Positions 45,140 to 55,807 of a stretch of 64,000 nt of DNA are shown one piece after another. A model generated the notes under the pieces. It saw nothing but the letters and a program-made list of their open reading frames with translations. It did no database searches and had not been told where the DNA came from. Origin of the DNA: the human T2T-CHM13v2.0 reference genome, Homo sapiens; assembly GCF_009914755.1 (NCBI RefSeq), contig NC_060925.1; one strand, written 5' to 3'. Within the stretch, counting starts at the first letter, position 1. Each line of letters starts with the position of its first letter. Made by a program: the position numbers and the translations under genes.

Positions 45140-48100
45140 CTTGATAAATGTTATTCTCCCACCAGTGCCCACCTGTGCAGGGAGGTATGAAACAAGTAGG
45201 GCTAAGATGCTTTACCTGAGCAATCACCTCAGACATGCTCCTCACTGGGTTTGACTCCTTTTATGGAGAGCTGGGTGTCAGCTCAGTAAAGTCTACAGAC
45301 AAGCATCTCTTTGGGTCCCTATCACCTGCACAGGTCTCAGGACTCTGAGACAAATTTCTGAGTAGATGTCAATGAGGACAAGTCATGAGGAGACGGATTA
45401 CAGCTGAATATAAGAAGATCTTTCTAAGAATTAGAGCTGGCCAAAGATGGAATAAACTGCTGTGGAGAGCTGTCTACCACAAGAGATGTTCAAGAAGAGA
45501 GAAAATATGGTACCTCTTGACTAGAATGTTGTAAACATCAGATCCAGCATGGGATGGACAGAAAGACTAGATGAATTTTAAAGTTCCCGCCAATGCATAA
45601 GTCAACAAAGAGGAAAATTTCAGCCACTCCTTAATTAATTAAAAGAGATAGCAAAAAAAGTCTGTGGGTGGGGTCAGCTTTCAACTGATCCTATCTCTTC
45701 AAAGGAAAAAAGAACATAGAAACACACTCCAACTCACCATCAGCCTCTCCTATAGAATGTTCTAAAGGTGGGAAAGCAGGAGTCATAGATGCTGTGACTA
45801 AGACCTGCTGCTCAGTTGACTCTGAATTTGGGGCACATGCCAGACAAGTTCTGTAGTACAGAGAAGAAATGTGTGTAGCACAGACCTGGCCCTCAAGGAT
45901 CAAAATCATGTGGCAGAGACAACTCAACACCATGTGATTCTCTCAAATATTTATTCATCATATTTCATCTTTAGTTTTTGTCAGTAGGGTGTTCAGGGGA
46001 CTCTCTTGGTTCAAAAAAAAAAAAAAGCAAATATACTTTACTAAATGTACATATTCTCTCAATCCAGTACAAGTTTGCAATATCCAACTCAATGAAAAAA
46101 ATCTCAAAAAAAATTATCAAAATAAATATAAACTTAGTTAACTCTAATTTTAAAAATAGTATTCCAAAAATGACTAGTCCCCAAAATGATGAAATTACAA
46201 TAAGGTGTGGCTATTCTGGACAAAATAACAGAAATTGCTGGCCTAGTAATACAGTAATACAGGAAGCAGTGGAAGCAAACTTGAGTGAGAGGCAGGGGGT
46301 GGATGGCAGTGCCTTTGAAGTGAGATTCCAAAGTCAAAGTGACCTTTATAAATTGCAGAAGTGATCAGAAAAAGAAAGAAAGAAACCCCACACACAAAGA
46401 AATTCAAAATTACAAGTTAAAATGAAACATCTGGGGAAGGGAAAAATTTGGTTTTTCCCCAAATGTAAGGTAAGCATGACTCCTGCAAATACTGTTTTTA
46501 AAATGTCTAGGAGTACCACAGTTGTCCAAAATAAGAAAATGGCTAAAAATAATTGTTCGACTGAACAAGTATTTATTGTGTGCCTATTAGATACCAAGGC
46601 ATCATGCCAGGTACAGGGGTAGGGTATGGGCATTAGAATAAACACATAAATGAAAATACACGATTCCTTCCTCATGTACGCATTAACAATAAGCACTTGA
46701 GGATGTTATAAGAGTTTTTGTGCACATAAGCGCATTTGTACACGAGATGGAAGCAATGAGGACAGTGAATGAGGCACTGGACACCAGAAGAAAGGAATTC
46801 TAGTCTCAACTCTAATTGGCTCTGTGACCATGAACAATGAACATCAGAAAATGGAGGACGGAAACAGTGGCTCTCCTACAAGGTCACCAAACCAATTAAT
46901 AACAGACCTGGAGAAGAATTCTGGTCTTCTGGCTCCTAGTTCAGTGATCTGTCCAAAATACTACACATACGGTAGGCTGACAAAGAAAGAAAAGAAGACC
47001 TTTTGGTTTCAAGTCATTTGCAGAGAAAGGGGGAGAAACAAAAACAGGAAAATCAGGAAAGGGTGGAAGGAAAATCAATAGTTCAAATTTAGGCATTCGA
47101 ACTGAGACATCAAGAAAGGAAGCATGTAACTATGGACTGTGAACACAATATAAAGAAAATGATGTAAAATTTCTTATATCCTTATTCAAATCACGCCTTG
47201 CAGTTTTTTACTCTAAAATCATTGCAGACGTATATAGATAAAGGGTCAAAAAACAACATGTATGAATGACATTTAAGGAAAAAGAGATAACAGAAGAAAA
47301 GGGAAAAGGAGAGGTGGAGAATTTATTATATCATCTAAATATATGAAGCCCTTCTAAAGGGTCAATGCAGACATATTGCACCCAGATAAATAGAAGAAAT
47401 GACATTATATTCTATATCTCTTACGTTAGCAATTTTTAAATTCCTTGAGTCAGAAGCGTTAAACACTGGAATGACTAAGGTTACATTTGTTATGGAAATT
47501 TCTTAAATTTAGAAAGACCTCATACACACACCTGAAGGTAAAAAAAAATGTACTTAATCAGTGGGTTGCAACCAAGTTACTTGTCAGAATCACCTGTAAA
47601 CCTTGAAAAAATATGGATTCTCAAACTTACCTTATCAGAATCCCTGGGTGCTGAGTCCAAGATCCACCCCAACAGATTTTGATGTAGCCAGGACACAGAG
47701 TTTTTTCTACCATAATGGGAGAGGTAGGGAGGAGGATCACTAGGAATGGCAACACAGAGTGGGAACTAGATCAATGCAAATTTTGTGGGCAAAATAGAAT
47801 TTCTGTGGGTGTGATATTTTTAAGATGTATTGTAAGGCTGCTCTGAACCATCCAAGCATATCCCACTGAATTTAAACATTCTCTAAAGGTCCTGAAGTCA
47901 GCAACTACAATCCAGGTGAACCAAAAGTTGCTCCTCTATGTCATAGAAGCCTACAGGAGAGGCAGTAGGGTGGGAATGGAGCAGAGAGATCCCAAGAAGT
48001 TATGGGTAAATATTTTTTAAATCTAAACATTCAGAAAAATAAGAGAGACTAGGAATCACTCTCCTCCTCCTCTCCACCACACCAAAAAAAAAGGAATAAT

Positions 48101-50503
48101 AAGAAAGTGAAAGGAAAAATAGTTTTAGGTTAAATTTCATCACCATCTGAAAGAAAATTACTCCGATTTTGTTTAAGCAAGAGAAGAATTCAGCTGAGAA
48201 ATTATCTAGCAGGCAGCAAAATCAGGGAGTCACTTCCCATTGCAAAGCAAAAGAAAACAAGGAGCAAGAGGATGGTCCTGGATAGCTGTTTAGACAATCA
48301 GACATACTGCTAACATCTCCTTGCCTTAGAAACTCCGTGATGTTTAAATTAACAATTGGCCACAAGCCAAACACAGGAACACTCAAAAGTTTAGAAGGGT
48401 GTGCTGCAACTGGTACCTTAGCAAAACACAATAATAAATTAAGAGGATTCAAGAAGCCTTCACTGTAGACTCTAAGAAGATTTAAGATTTGTACCGAGAA
48501 ACGGCTTCTAAATCTCTTCTACTGCATTAGTTTAGCATCTAAAGAACACCTGTCTAAAAATCAAAATATCTAAATCCTATCCTTTGAGTCAACTTGACTA
48601 ACACTCAACTTGACTACCTAAAAGCTAGCTAATAATCGCAGCACCTCAGCAGAGCAGAGGTGGAGGGCATAGTTTTATGCACTGAGATCCTATAATAAAA
48701 GAAGCCCTATGTGTCAGAGTAATCCCATTTCTGATATCATATTATTTAATACTTAATTTTTCAAATCACTTTACAATTATATTTATTATTCCCTACAATT
48801 CTCTAAAGCAGGTTATTCCTTTAGTCCTGCTTCATAGGTGAGGAGACTACATATCATGAAGATTAAGTTATTTACCAAAACAAGTTAATGATAGACCAAG
48901 GATTATTACCCTCAGACTGTCTCATTGATCATACTCCTCTCTATCCTAAAGCTACACTTAAAGCTTTCACTCAAAGAAAAAGGAAAAGCAAAAACACCAT
49001 CATATATGCTCTTTATTAAATGCTTCAGAAACAACGGCTCTGCTTCATCACTACAAAGCCTCCTGGTCCACTTCTGAAATTCTTAGTGACCTAGACGTGT
49101 ACGAAATTTGAACTTTCCAAGAAGTATCTAGTTGGTGCTGAACAACCCAGTACTATTTTCGGGTGATAAATAACCTTGTTCTCTTTTTAAACATCTGCGA
49201 TTGACATGTCGACTGACTGTTAACAATGAACAAAGACCATATTTTTCTGAAGCTCATCATCTTCCTAACCTTTTCTTTGAAAACAGATGTAGTTCATGTA
49301 CTAGTTTTTTGGTGAAGGTAAAAATCTTTATTCAGATTAGGCTCAGAAAAAGAAGGGGCTGCTTTCCGTTCAACAAATATGCACAAGACAGCATCCCACT
49401 GGGAGCATCAATCTCAGAAGCAGTAAAACACAGCCTCGGCCCTGAAAGGACTTTCTGAACACCTTTGGAGTGTCATCCGTTTAATATACATTATTTTAAT
49501 TAATCCTATTAGCTGGATAATTTCTTTCCCATTTTATTGGTGAGTTCATATAGCAGAGCTGGATTTGAATCCAGGATTACAGAGCAGGGCTCCAAAGCCC
49601 AAGTTATTTCCACTAAAGGGTCTGAAGAAATGTAGAATCTAAAAGTGTGGGTGGGATGGGGAAGATATGATTTGATTCCCTTTCCTTGGTCCAACCGTGT
49701 TAGAAACATCCAACCATAAAGAAGCTTTCTAAGGAAGCCCTTTGAATTAACGTATCCACTTTTTCTCACCCGCCCGTGCCCCACCCCCAGCCATGCCAAA
49801 GGAGCAGCAAATGCTGCTGCCAGGTTGGAGGAATTGGTGATCGTCACACCACATTCCTGGGTCTGGACACAGCCTGAAACAGCAGCAGAGCTCCGCGCCT
49901 CGGAAAGAATAACAGCAGTTGAGATTTTTAAATCATGTGCCTCAGCATGCAGCCACACCAGTTGCCCTACTTCTCCTGCCTCCACCTTTCAAAGACGCGA
50001 GCAGCACACACGGCTCCCCCGGACTTTCGGTGGGGTTGGAGTGTCAAAACTCAGGCGCGCCGCAAAACCCCGTCCCCATCCAAACCAAGCCCACACACCC
50101 GGCCCATGTGCCGCCCCCTGGCAAAGGCGAGGCTGGCTGCGACGGTGCAGGCCGTTTGGCTTGGCGGCCCTGCCCCCGCTCTCCACGCCAGAATCTGGCA
50201 TTCCTTCGCTCAGCCCCTCCGAGGCCCGCCGTCGGCTCTCGCTCGACCCCAAGAAACGCGGAACCTGAAGGGCAAAACTGCCCACCTCCCTGCACCCTGG
50301 CACTACGAAAAAGGAGTTTCTGAGACTTGCTGCCGGCCTCCCTCCTGCCGAGGAGGCGTGTAAGGGGTCCCGGGCCGCGGGGAGCAGAGGCGGCGGGGAA
50401 CCCCGGCGGTTGGCGGGGCACCACGGGAGGGGCCCCCGGCGATGTCCAAACTCTTGGGAACCCAGCGAGTGGCCTCGCTCCGCGCCGGCGGCCGAGCCTG
50501 GCC

Positions 50504-50511
50504 TTCCCACA
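50504..50511 (-). promoter_or_regulatory. RBPJ/CSL consensus TGTGGGAA near the 5' end of intron 1
   Basis: Plus strand ttcccaca inside the CpG island. Motif match only. Confidence 0.4.
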
Positions 50512-50594
50512 CAGAGAAGGACCGAGGGGGAGAAGGGTCGCCCCAGGTGGCAGCCCCGGGCGCCGCGGACAGCGCCCCTCAGCCCGATACTCAC

Positions 50595-50667
50595 CATGCG
50601 CGGGGGCCGCGCAGCACAGCCAGAGCGCCAGCAGCGCCCACAGCAGAGCGGGGCGCAGGGCGGGCAT
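50595..50667 (-). CDS. NOTCH2: NOTCH2 coding exon 1 (73 nt): signal peptide MPALRPALLWALLALWLCCAAPAH plus 1 nt
   Basis: ATG at 50667-50665 in GAGAAGATGC (A at -3). The translation matches the known NOTCH2 N-terminus. It is followed by the donor ATG|GTGAGT (GT at 50594-50593). A NOTCH2NL paralog is not fully excluded. Confidence 0.95.
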
Positions 50668-50722
50668 CTTCTCGGTCGCCTCCTCCTCCGCCGCCGCCGC
50701 CGCCGCCTGGGCAGATCCACAT
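50595..50722 (-). CDS. Overlapping uORF, exon 1 part (uN2C-like polyglycine microprotein); continues into exon 2 and ends at TGA 11225-11223
   Basis: ATG at 50722-50720. Spliced product is MWICP-G10-DREDARPAPRSAVGAAGALAVLRGPRA|CIAVSRWL* (50 aa). The ORF is directly visible; its translation is inferred. Confidence 0.65.
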
Positions 50723-50925
50723 GGGGAGGGGGTCCCGATAGAGGAGCCCCACTCTCTCCTCCCCTCCTCCTGCTTCAAAGGCTCAGGCCCTGGCGCTACG
50801 CTCCGAAGCCCAGGCGCAAATGCCTCGACTCCCCGCGCCCCGAGTCCGCCGCTCCTCGGCCGCCGCCTCAGCCGCCGCCCGAAGTTTGGCTGAAACTTTC
50901 TCGGGTGTGCAACGAAGCAGCCTCG
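50668..50925 (-). other. NOTCH2: NOTCH2 5'UTR, GC-rich; transcription start approximate
   Basis: Directly upstream of the ATG. The 5' end is estimated from my recollection of a roughly 250-300 nt reference UTR and from the GC box at ~50964-50972; it cannot be read from the sequence. Confidence 0.6.
50678..50707 (-). repeat. 5'UTR trinucleotide repeat (GGC)6(GGA)3(GGC)1, paralogous to the NOTCH2NLC NIID repeat
   Basis: Plus strand reads gcc tcctcctcc gccgccgccgccgccgcc. Minus-strand flanks are GGATCTGCCCA and GACCGAGAAGATG. Confidence 0.95.
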
Positions 50926-50963
50926 TGTGTCCTTCCGCCTCAGCCGCCTCCTCCCACCGCAAG

Positions 50964-50972
50964 CCCCGCCCC
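50964..50972 (-). promoter_or_regulatory. GC box (SP/KLF motif) GGGGCGGGG
   Basis: Plus strand ccccgcccc, just upstream of the presumed TSS. Confidence 0.65.
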
Positions 50973-51170
50973 ACTGTCGCCGCGGCCTCGGCCCCGCCGC
51001 CTTGGGCACCCAGGGGTTTCCCGCAGGAAGAAGCGCCGGCCCGAGCTCCGCGCGGAGGGATCTACTACGAGTCACTGGCCCCGTCCGCATCCTTCTCCAG
51101 CGGCCCCGGGGGCCGCCGCGCCTTAACTCGATCAGGGCTGCAGCGGCTCGCTGGCTTGACCAGTGCAGAA

Positions 51171-51196
51171 GGGGCGTGGGGGTGAGGGGGGTGGGG
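51171..51196 (+). other. G-quadruplex motif G4-N3-G5-N3-G6-N1-G4
   Basis: ggggcgtgggggtgaggggggtgggg. Confidence 0.7.
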
Positions 51197-51427
51197 TAGG
51201 ACTCTGAACTTCAAGCACTGGAGTTTGCCGGGATCGTGAACTTGCAGGGAGAGGCGGTCCTCATCCAGTGAGGTCTGTATCGCCACCTACACCCACACAT
51301 CCACACACTGCTTTGCTAGCTAGAGGAATGCTCTGGAGTAGGACCAGTGCTGTCAAAGAAGGAAAGTGGGCCAAGGCGCCAAAGTCCATTAAAAAGGAAT
51401 AGAGCCATCACGGAGTGGTGCTGCCCC

Positions 51428-51645
51428 ATTCATTCATTCATTTGTTCATCCGTGTAGCGAATATTTCTTAAGTGCCTTACTTTGCGTAGCTGTGTGCTTG
51501 GCAGTGGGATGATACCAAAGATGCACAAGCAACTTTGAGTACCAAGACTTTGCCGCTGTGGGCTGGGGGATTCAGGGAAGGCTTTCCCAGAGGAGCTGGG
51601 ATGAAAGCAGGATCTTGAAAGGTCAGTAAAATTTGTATAAGACAA
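51428..51645. mobile_element. L2 3' end
   Basis: attcattcattca...aaatatttcttaagtgcctt...cagggaaggctttcccagaggag. Confidence 0.65.
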
Positions 51646-51660
51646 GGAGACCAGCTAAGC

Positions 51661-52025
51661 TAAGGATATTCGTTGTAACACTGTAATAGCAAAACCTTGA
51701 AAACAACATAAATGCCCACCCTTAGAGGAATGGATGAATAATGTATGGTATATTTATAAAATGAAATGCAACACAGTAATTGAAAAGACTATAGCTATTT
51801 ATGTCAATAGGGATAAATCTTAAAAACTAAATGATAGTGAAAAAACTAATCACAGAGGGAGACAAAGTATACCATTTATGTATATTTTTTTCAAGACAAT
51901 ACTACACATTATCTGTGGATGCATATATATAGATATAGATATTAAGAGACTATAACCAGAATAGTAGTTACTTCCAGGGCAGGAGAGTAGGGGGTGTGAT
52001 CAAACCTGGGTACAAGTGGGCTTCT
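51661..52025 (+). mobile_element. L1ME-like 3' fragment
   Basis: taatagcaaaaccttgaaaacaacataaatgcccacc...gaatggatgaataatgtatggtatat. Confidence 0.7.
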
Positions 52026-53453
52026 AAGAAAAGAGCTAAAAGTAAGAACAGCAACAATAGTTGTATGGACATATCATTCCAGGAAAGAGCCCTCGTGAAA
52101 GCAAAGGTACAGTCAAAAGAGTAAGTAAATGAGTTCTGTCTCTGTTAGCAGTGAGAGGAGTCAAGGACGGAAAGGGGGTTGGGACCAAATTATGCAGCCT
52201 TGAATGGCAAGCTGAAAGGGTGGGGAGGCAGCTACCTCTTAGGTCACATAAAACTATTGAAAGTTTTTGAACAGAGTTGAGATTGATGGAAAGGAAGATT
52301 GCTCTGATAATTCTGTAGAAAATTGATTGTTGGGGGAGCAAGAGGTGAACTGGAGCCCCAGGACCAGTCAAGAGTTGGTGAACAGTCCAGGCACAAATTT
52401 AAGAAGACCTGAACTAATAAGGTAGATTTCAGAAGGAATGAATCCGAGACAATGTTAAAGAAACAGAAAAAAAAAATGGAGGTGTGACTAATTGGATGTG
52501 GGAGTTTACAATCCTGTTGGGATGGGAAATCCTACCCATAGAACCTCTCCCTGACTCCTATAGGATAAAATTCAAACTTCTAAACATGGTACATACAAGG
52601 CCTTTTCGTCATTGGGCCCCATCTCCTGTCCTCCCTGCCCCTGTTGTGAACTTCACACAATAACAGTATTGACTAACTTGAGATTCCCCCAAACATATCT
52701 TGCTGTTTCTGTCCCTGTATCTTTTGTTCCTTTGGCTTGGAATGACTCCTGTAGTCCCCTTCCCTCCTCCTCTTAATGAACTTCTAATCATAATTCATCC
52801 TTCAGTCCAAAGAAGGCTTTGCCGACACCGCAATAAATTCCTCCCCCTAACAGACAGTCCCTCCACTGTCTTCCACTGCCGCTTCTTTATCTTAACACCG
52901 ATACTTATTTTTCACACAGGACTCTTTGTATTTCTGTGTTCTCAACTAAGTTTTGAGGTCCTCATGGGCAAAGACCACAGCCTATTAATCCCCAGTGTCT
53001 ATCACATAATAGATGTTGAACTAGAATGTGAAACAACACTAAGCAAGTACAAGTCAGTATGGGCATAGACCTATGAAGTTCCAAAACTGCATGTTAACAA
53101 GCACTTTAGGTAAGCAAGTACCATTAGTGAAAGTAGTCACATTGAAATACTGGAAACCCTTTTCAAAAATAATGTAGTCAAAATATTTTTGGAATTTGTC
53201 TTGTGCAAGTATGTTCAGAGAAAGATAACATTATTTTTCAGTTGTTTACCCACAGTGTTACCAGTTCGATCTTCCTCTTTACTCACTAAAGATAATTCAT
53301 AGTGACTTGGCTGCATACAAATTTTAAAAATCACCTGCAAAGATAAGTTTTGTCACTATTAAAATATATTCAGAAGAATATAAGATAGTTATCCCCAAAG
53401 AGCAACTCTAGAAGCGACTGTAGCTATGACAACATTATTAAAATAAATGTGCA

Positions 53454-53758
53454 GGCCAGGCGTGGCGGCTTATGTCATAATCCCAGCACTTTGGGAAGCT
53501 GAGGTGGGCAGATCACCTGAGGTCAGGAGTTTGAGACCAGCCTGGCCAACATGTTGAAAACCCGTCTCTACTAAAAATACCAAAAATTAGCCGGGCATGG
53601 TGGCGAGCACCTGTAATCCCAGCTACTCAGGAGACTGAGGCAGTAGAATCACTTGAACCCAGGAGGCAGAGATTGCAGTGAGCCAAGATCGTGCCACTGT
53701 ACTCCAGCCTGGACAACAAGAGTGAAACTCCGTCTCAAAAAAAAAAAAAAAAAAAAAA
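53454..53758 (+). mobile_element. Alu (AluS-like)
   Basis: Full dimer with poly-A tail. Confidence 0.92.
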
Positions 53759-54459
53759 TAGGTATGCAGTTTCTCAAAGTAACCGTTTTAAAGAAAGCAG
53801 CTATTATGTTCACATATAACTTTTGTTGAATATGTTACAATATGAAAACTTACTGCATACATTCTGGTAAGGACAAGAGAAGTAAAGAGTAAATATGAAT
53901 GGAAGTAAGGGAAAAATATGACTGAAGACATTTTTTAAAGATAAGTTTTAATGATAGAAAAATATGAATAAGGGCTACCAATTGTTTTAGTTTTAATCAA
54001 AACTAAAAATATACATCTATGTCTTTACTGATTTAAACTCACATAAAACTGCCTTCCAAAATAAATGCAGAATTGGGCACTTATTTGTTCTCATGTCTGT
54101 CCTCTCAGAGCCGATAAGCTGTAAAAAAAACTCTCAAAATAAAACTCTGTTTTATTTTCTGTTTTGCCTCGGTTTCTATCACATAAGTGCTCAATAATAT
54201 ATGTTTTACATAAATGCTGAATGAGGAACATATATATCTATATAAACTGGGGAACAATGCAAGACTGGAAGAATGTCTTGGTGTGTTGGAGAAGTTGAAG
54301 AAGAGATTGTGGGATAGCTATGACACATAGATTGAGCTACACCACGAATCTCTCCATGTAACCCAGGAACCCAAGGATATGTGATGAGATGTTTGTGGAA
54401 GCAGGAATTAAAAGGAAGATTTCTTTTAATAATGCCTTGCAGTTGCGCAGTGATTTAGA

Positions 54460-54670
54460 CCTTCCAAAAACACTTTTAATTATATTATCTCATTTGATCC
54501 TCAAAACAATCGTGGGAAATAGGCACCCCAGTCATTATTATACCCATTTTGCAGATGAAGAAACTGAGATAGAGCTTTAAGTATCTTGCCCAAGGTTAAA
54601 TAAGTAATTAGTGAGCTGAGACAAACCCCCCACTATTTCTGTCCTCTTACTCAGTCTCACTCCACTGTAC
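54460..54670 (-). mobile_element. MIR, containing CGTGGGAA at 54511-54518
   Basis: atctcatttgatcctcaaaacaat...cccattttgcagatgaagaaactgag...cttgcccaaggt. Confidence 0.75.
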
Positions 54671-55378
54671 CTTTGTGCAACAATGTGAAGCACATCCAAG
54701 ATGATATTTAGTGTGGGGACCTCTGTGTAGAGGGACACCAGCTTCTTGTCACTTCCATGTTAGCACAGAACAAGCTGACCCACTGTAACTAGGAAACATA
54801 AACAAGTGAATAAATTCTTTTAATTTAAAATTTTTTTGAGAGCCTGTTCTCTACAAAGCACATACTAGGCTCTGCGGCAATGCAGAAATAAATAAAACCC
54901 AGTCCCTGTTCTTTGGAGATCACAGAGCAGTGAGGCAGGCCAACATACAAATAACATAACTACAACAGAGATAAAGCACAGGGATATGGGAAAGTAGAGA
55001 GCACTGGGATTAATTTTGAGTCCACTTTCCTCTCATCCAGTCCCCATCCTGAAAGATATGAACTGTGGTGGCCCACACAGCTGGACTGTAAGCCATGTGA
55101 CAAGAGTCATTTCTTACCCCTTATTCATGTTTGTAAACTCCACAGTAGTTGGTTCTTTGCCTTGCACAGAGTATGTGCTCAATAAAGACCTACTTTCTGA
55201 AAGGTTCACAGAGTTCAGCCAAACACAGGACAAGTTCTAGAAGGCAAGAAGTTAACCTCAAGATTCAAACTAGCTCTGAGAATTAAGAACCAGCCAGACC
55301 CTTCCACTGAGCCTAGACCCAATTAATTACCTCTGCTCTAATTAAGGGAATCAGTAATGTAAGTAATTGTAATATGGG

Positions 55379-55743
55379 CGATATAGTTTGCCTGTGTCCC
55401 CACCCAATATCTTATTTTGAATTGTAATCCCCATGTGTCAAGGGAGAGACCAGCTGGAGGTAATTGAATCATGGGGGCGGTTTCTCCCATGCTGTTCTCC
55501 TGATAATGAGTGAGTTCATGAGATCTGATGGTTTTATGTGTTTGGCAGTTCCTCCTGCATTAATTTTCCTTCATGCTGCCTTATGAAGAAGGTACCTTGC
55601 TTCCCCTTTGCCTTCTGCCATGATTGTTAAGTTTCCTGAGGCCTTCCCAGCCATGCTAAACTGTGAGTCAGTTAACCTGTTTCCTTTATAAATTACCCAG
55701 TCTTGGGCAGTTCTTTACAGCACTGTGAAGACAGACTAATACA
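55379..55743 (+). mobile_element. THE1-type MaLR solo LTR
   Basis: gatatagtttgcctgtgtccccaccc...tataaattacccagtcttgggcagttctttacagc...gactaataca; 5-bp duplication (a/g)tggg. Confidence 0.88.
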
Positions 55744-55807
55744 GTGGGCTTGTTGACATAGTTTTGCCCTTTTATGAATGTGATTATCTCAATTTTATTG
55801 ATGTTAA

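Larger units (their letters stand above)
49890..51260. promoter_or_regulatory. CpG island / TATA-less promoter spanning exon 1
   Basis: Abrupt switch to very high GC content and dense CpG in an AT-rich, CpG-poor background. No evident TATA box. Confidence 0.92.

Noticed and set aside
49509-51286. Cluster of long ORFs (134-348 aa) on both strands around exon 1
   Set aside because: Stop-codon depletion in a CpG island. Only the 73-nt exon is established coding sequence, and the 348-aa ORF runs past the splice donor into the intron.
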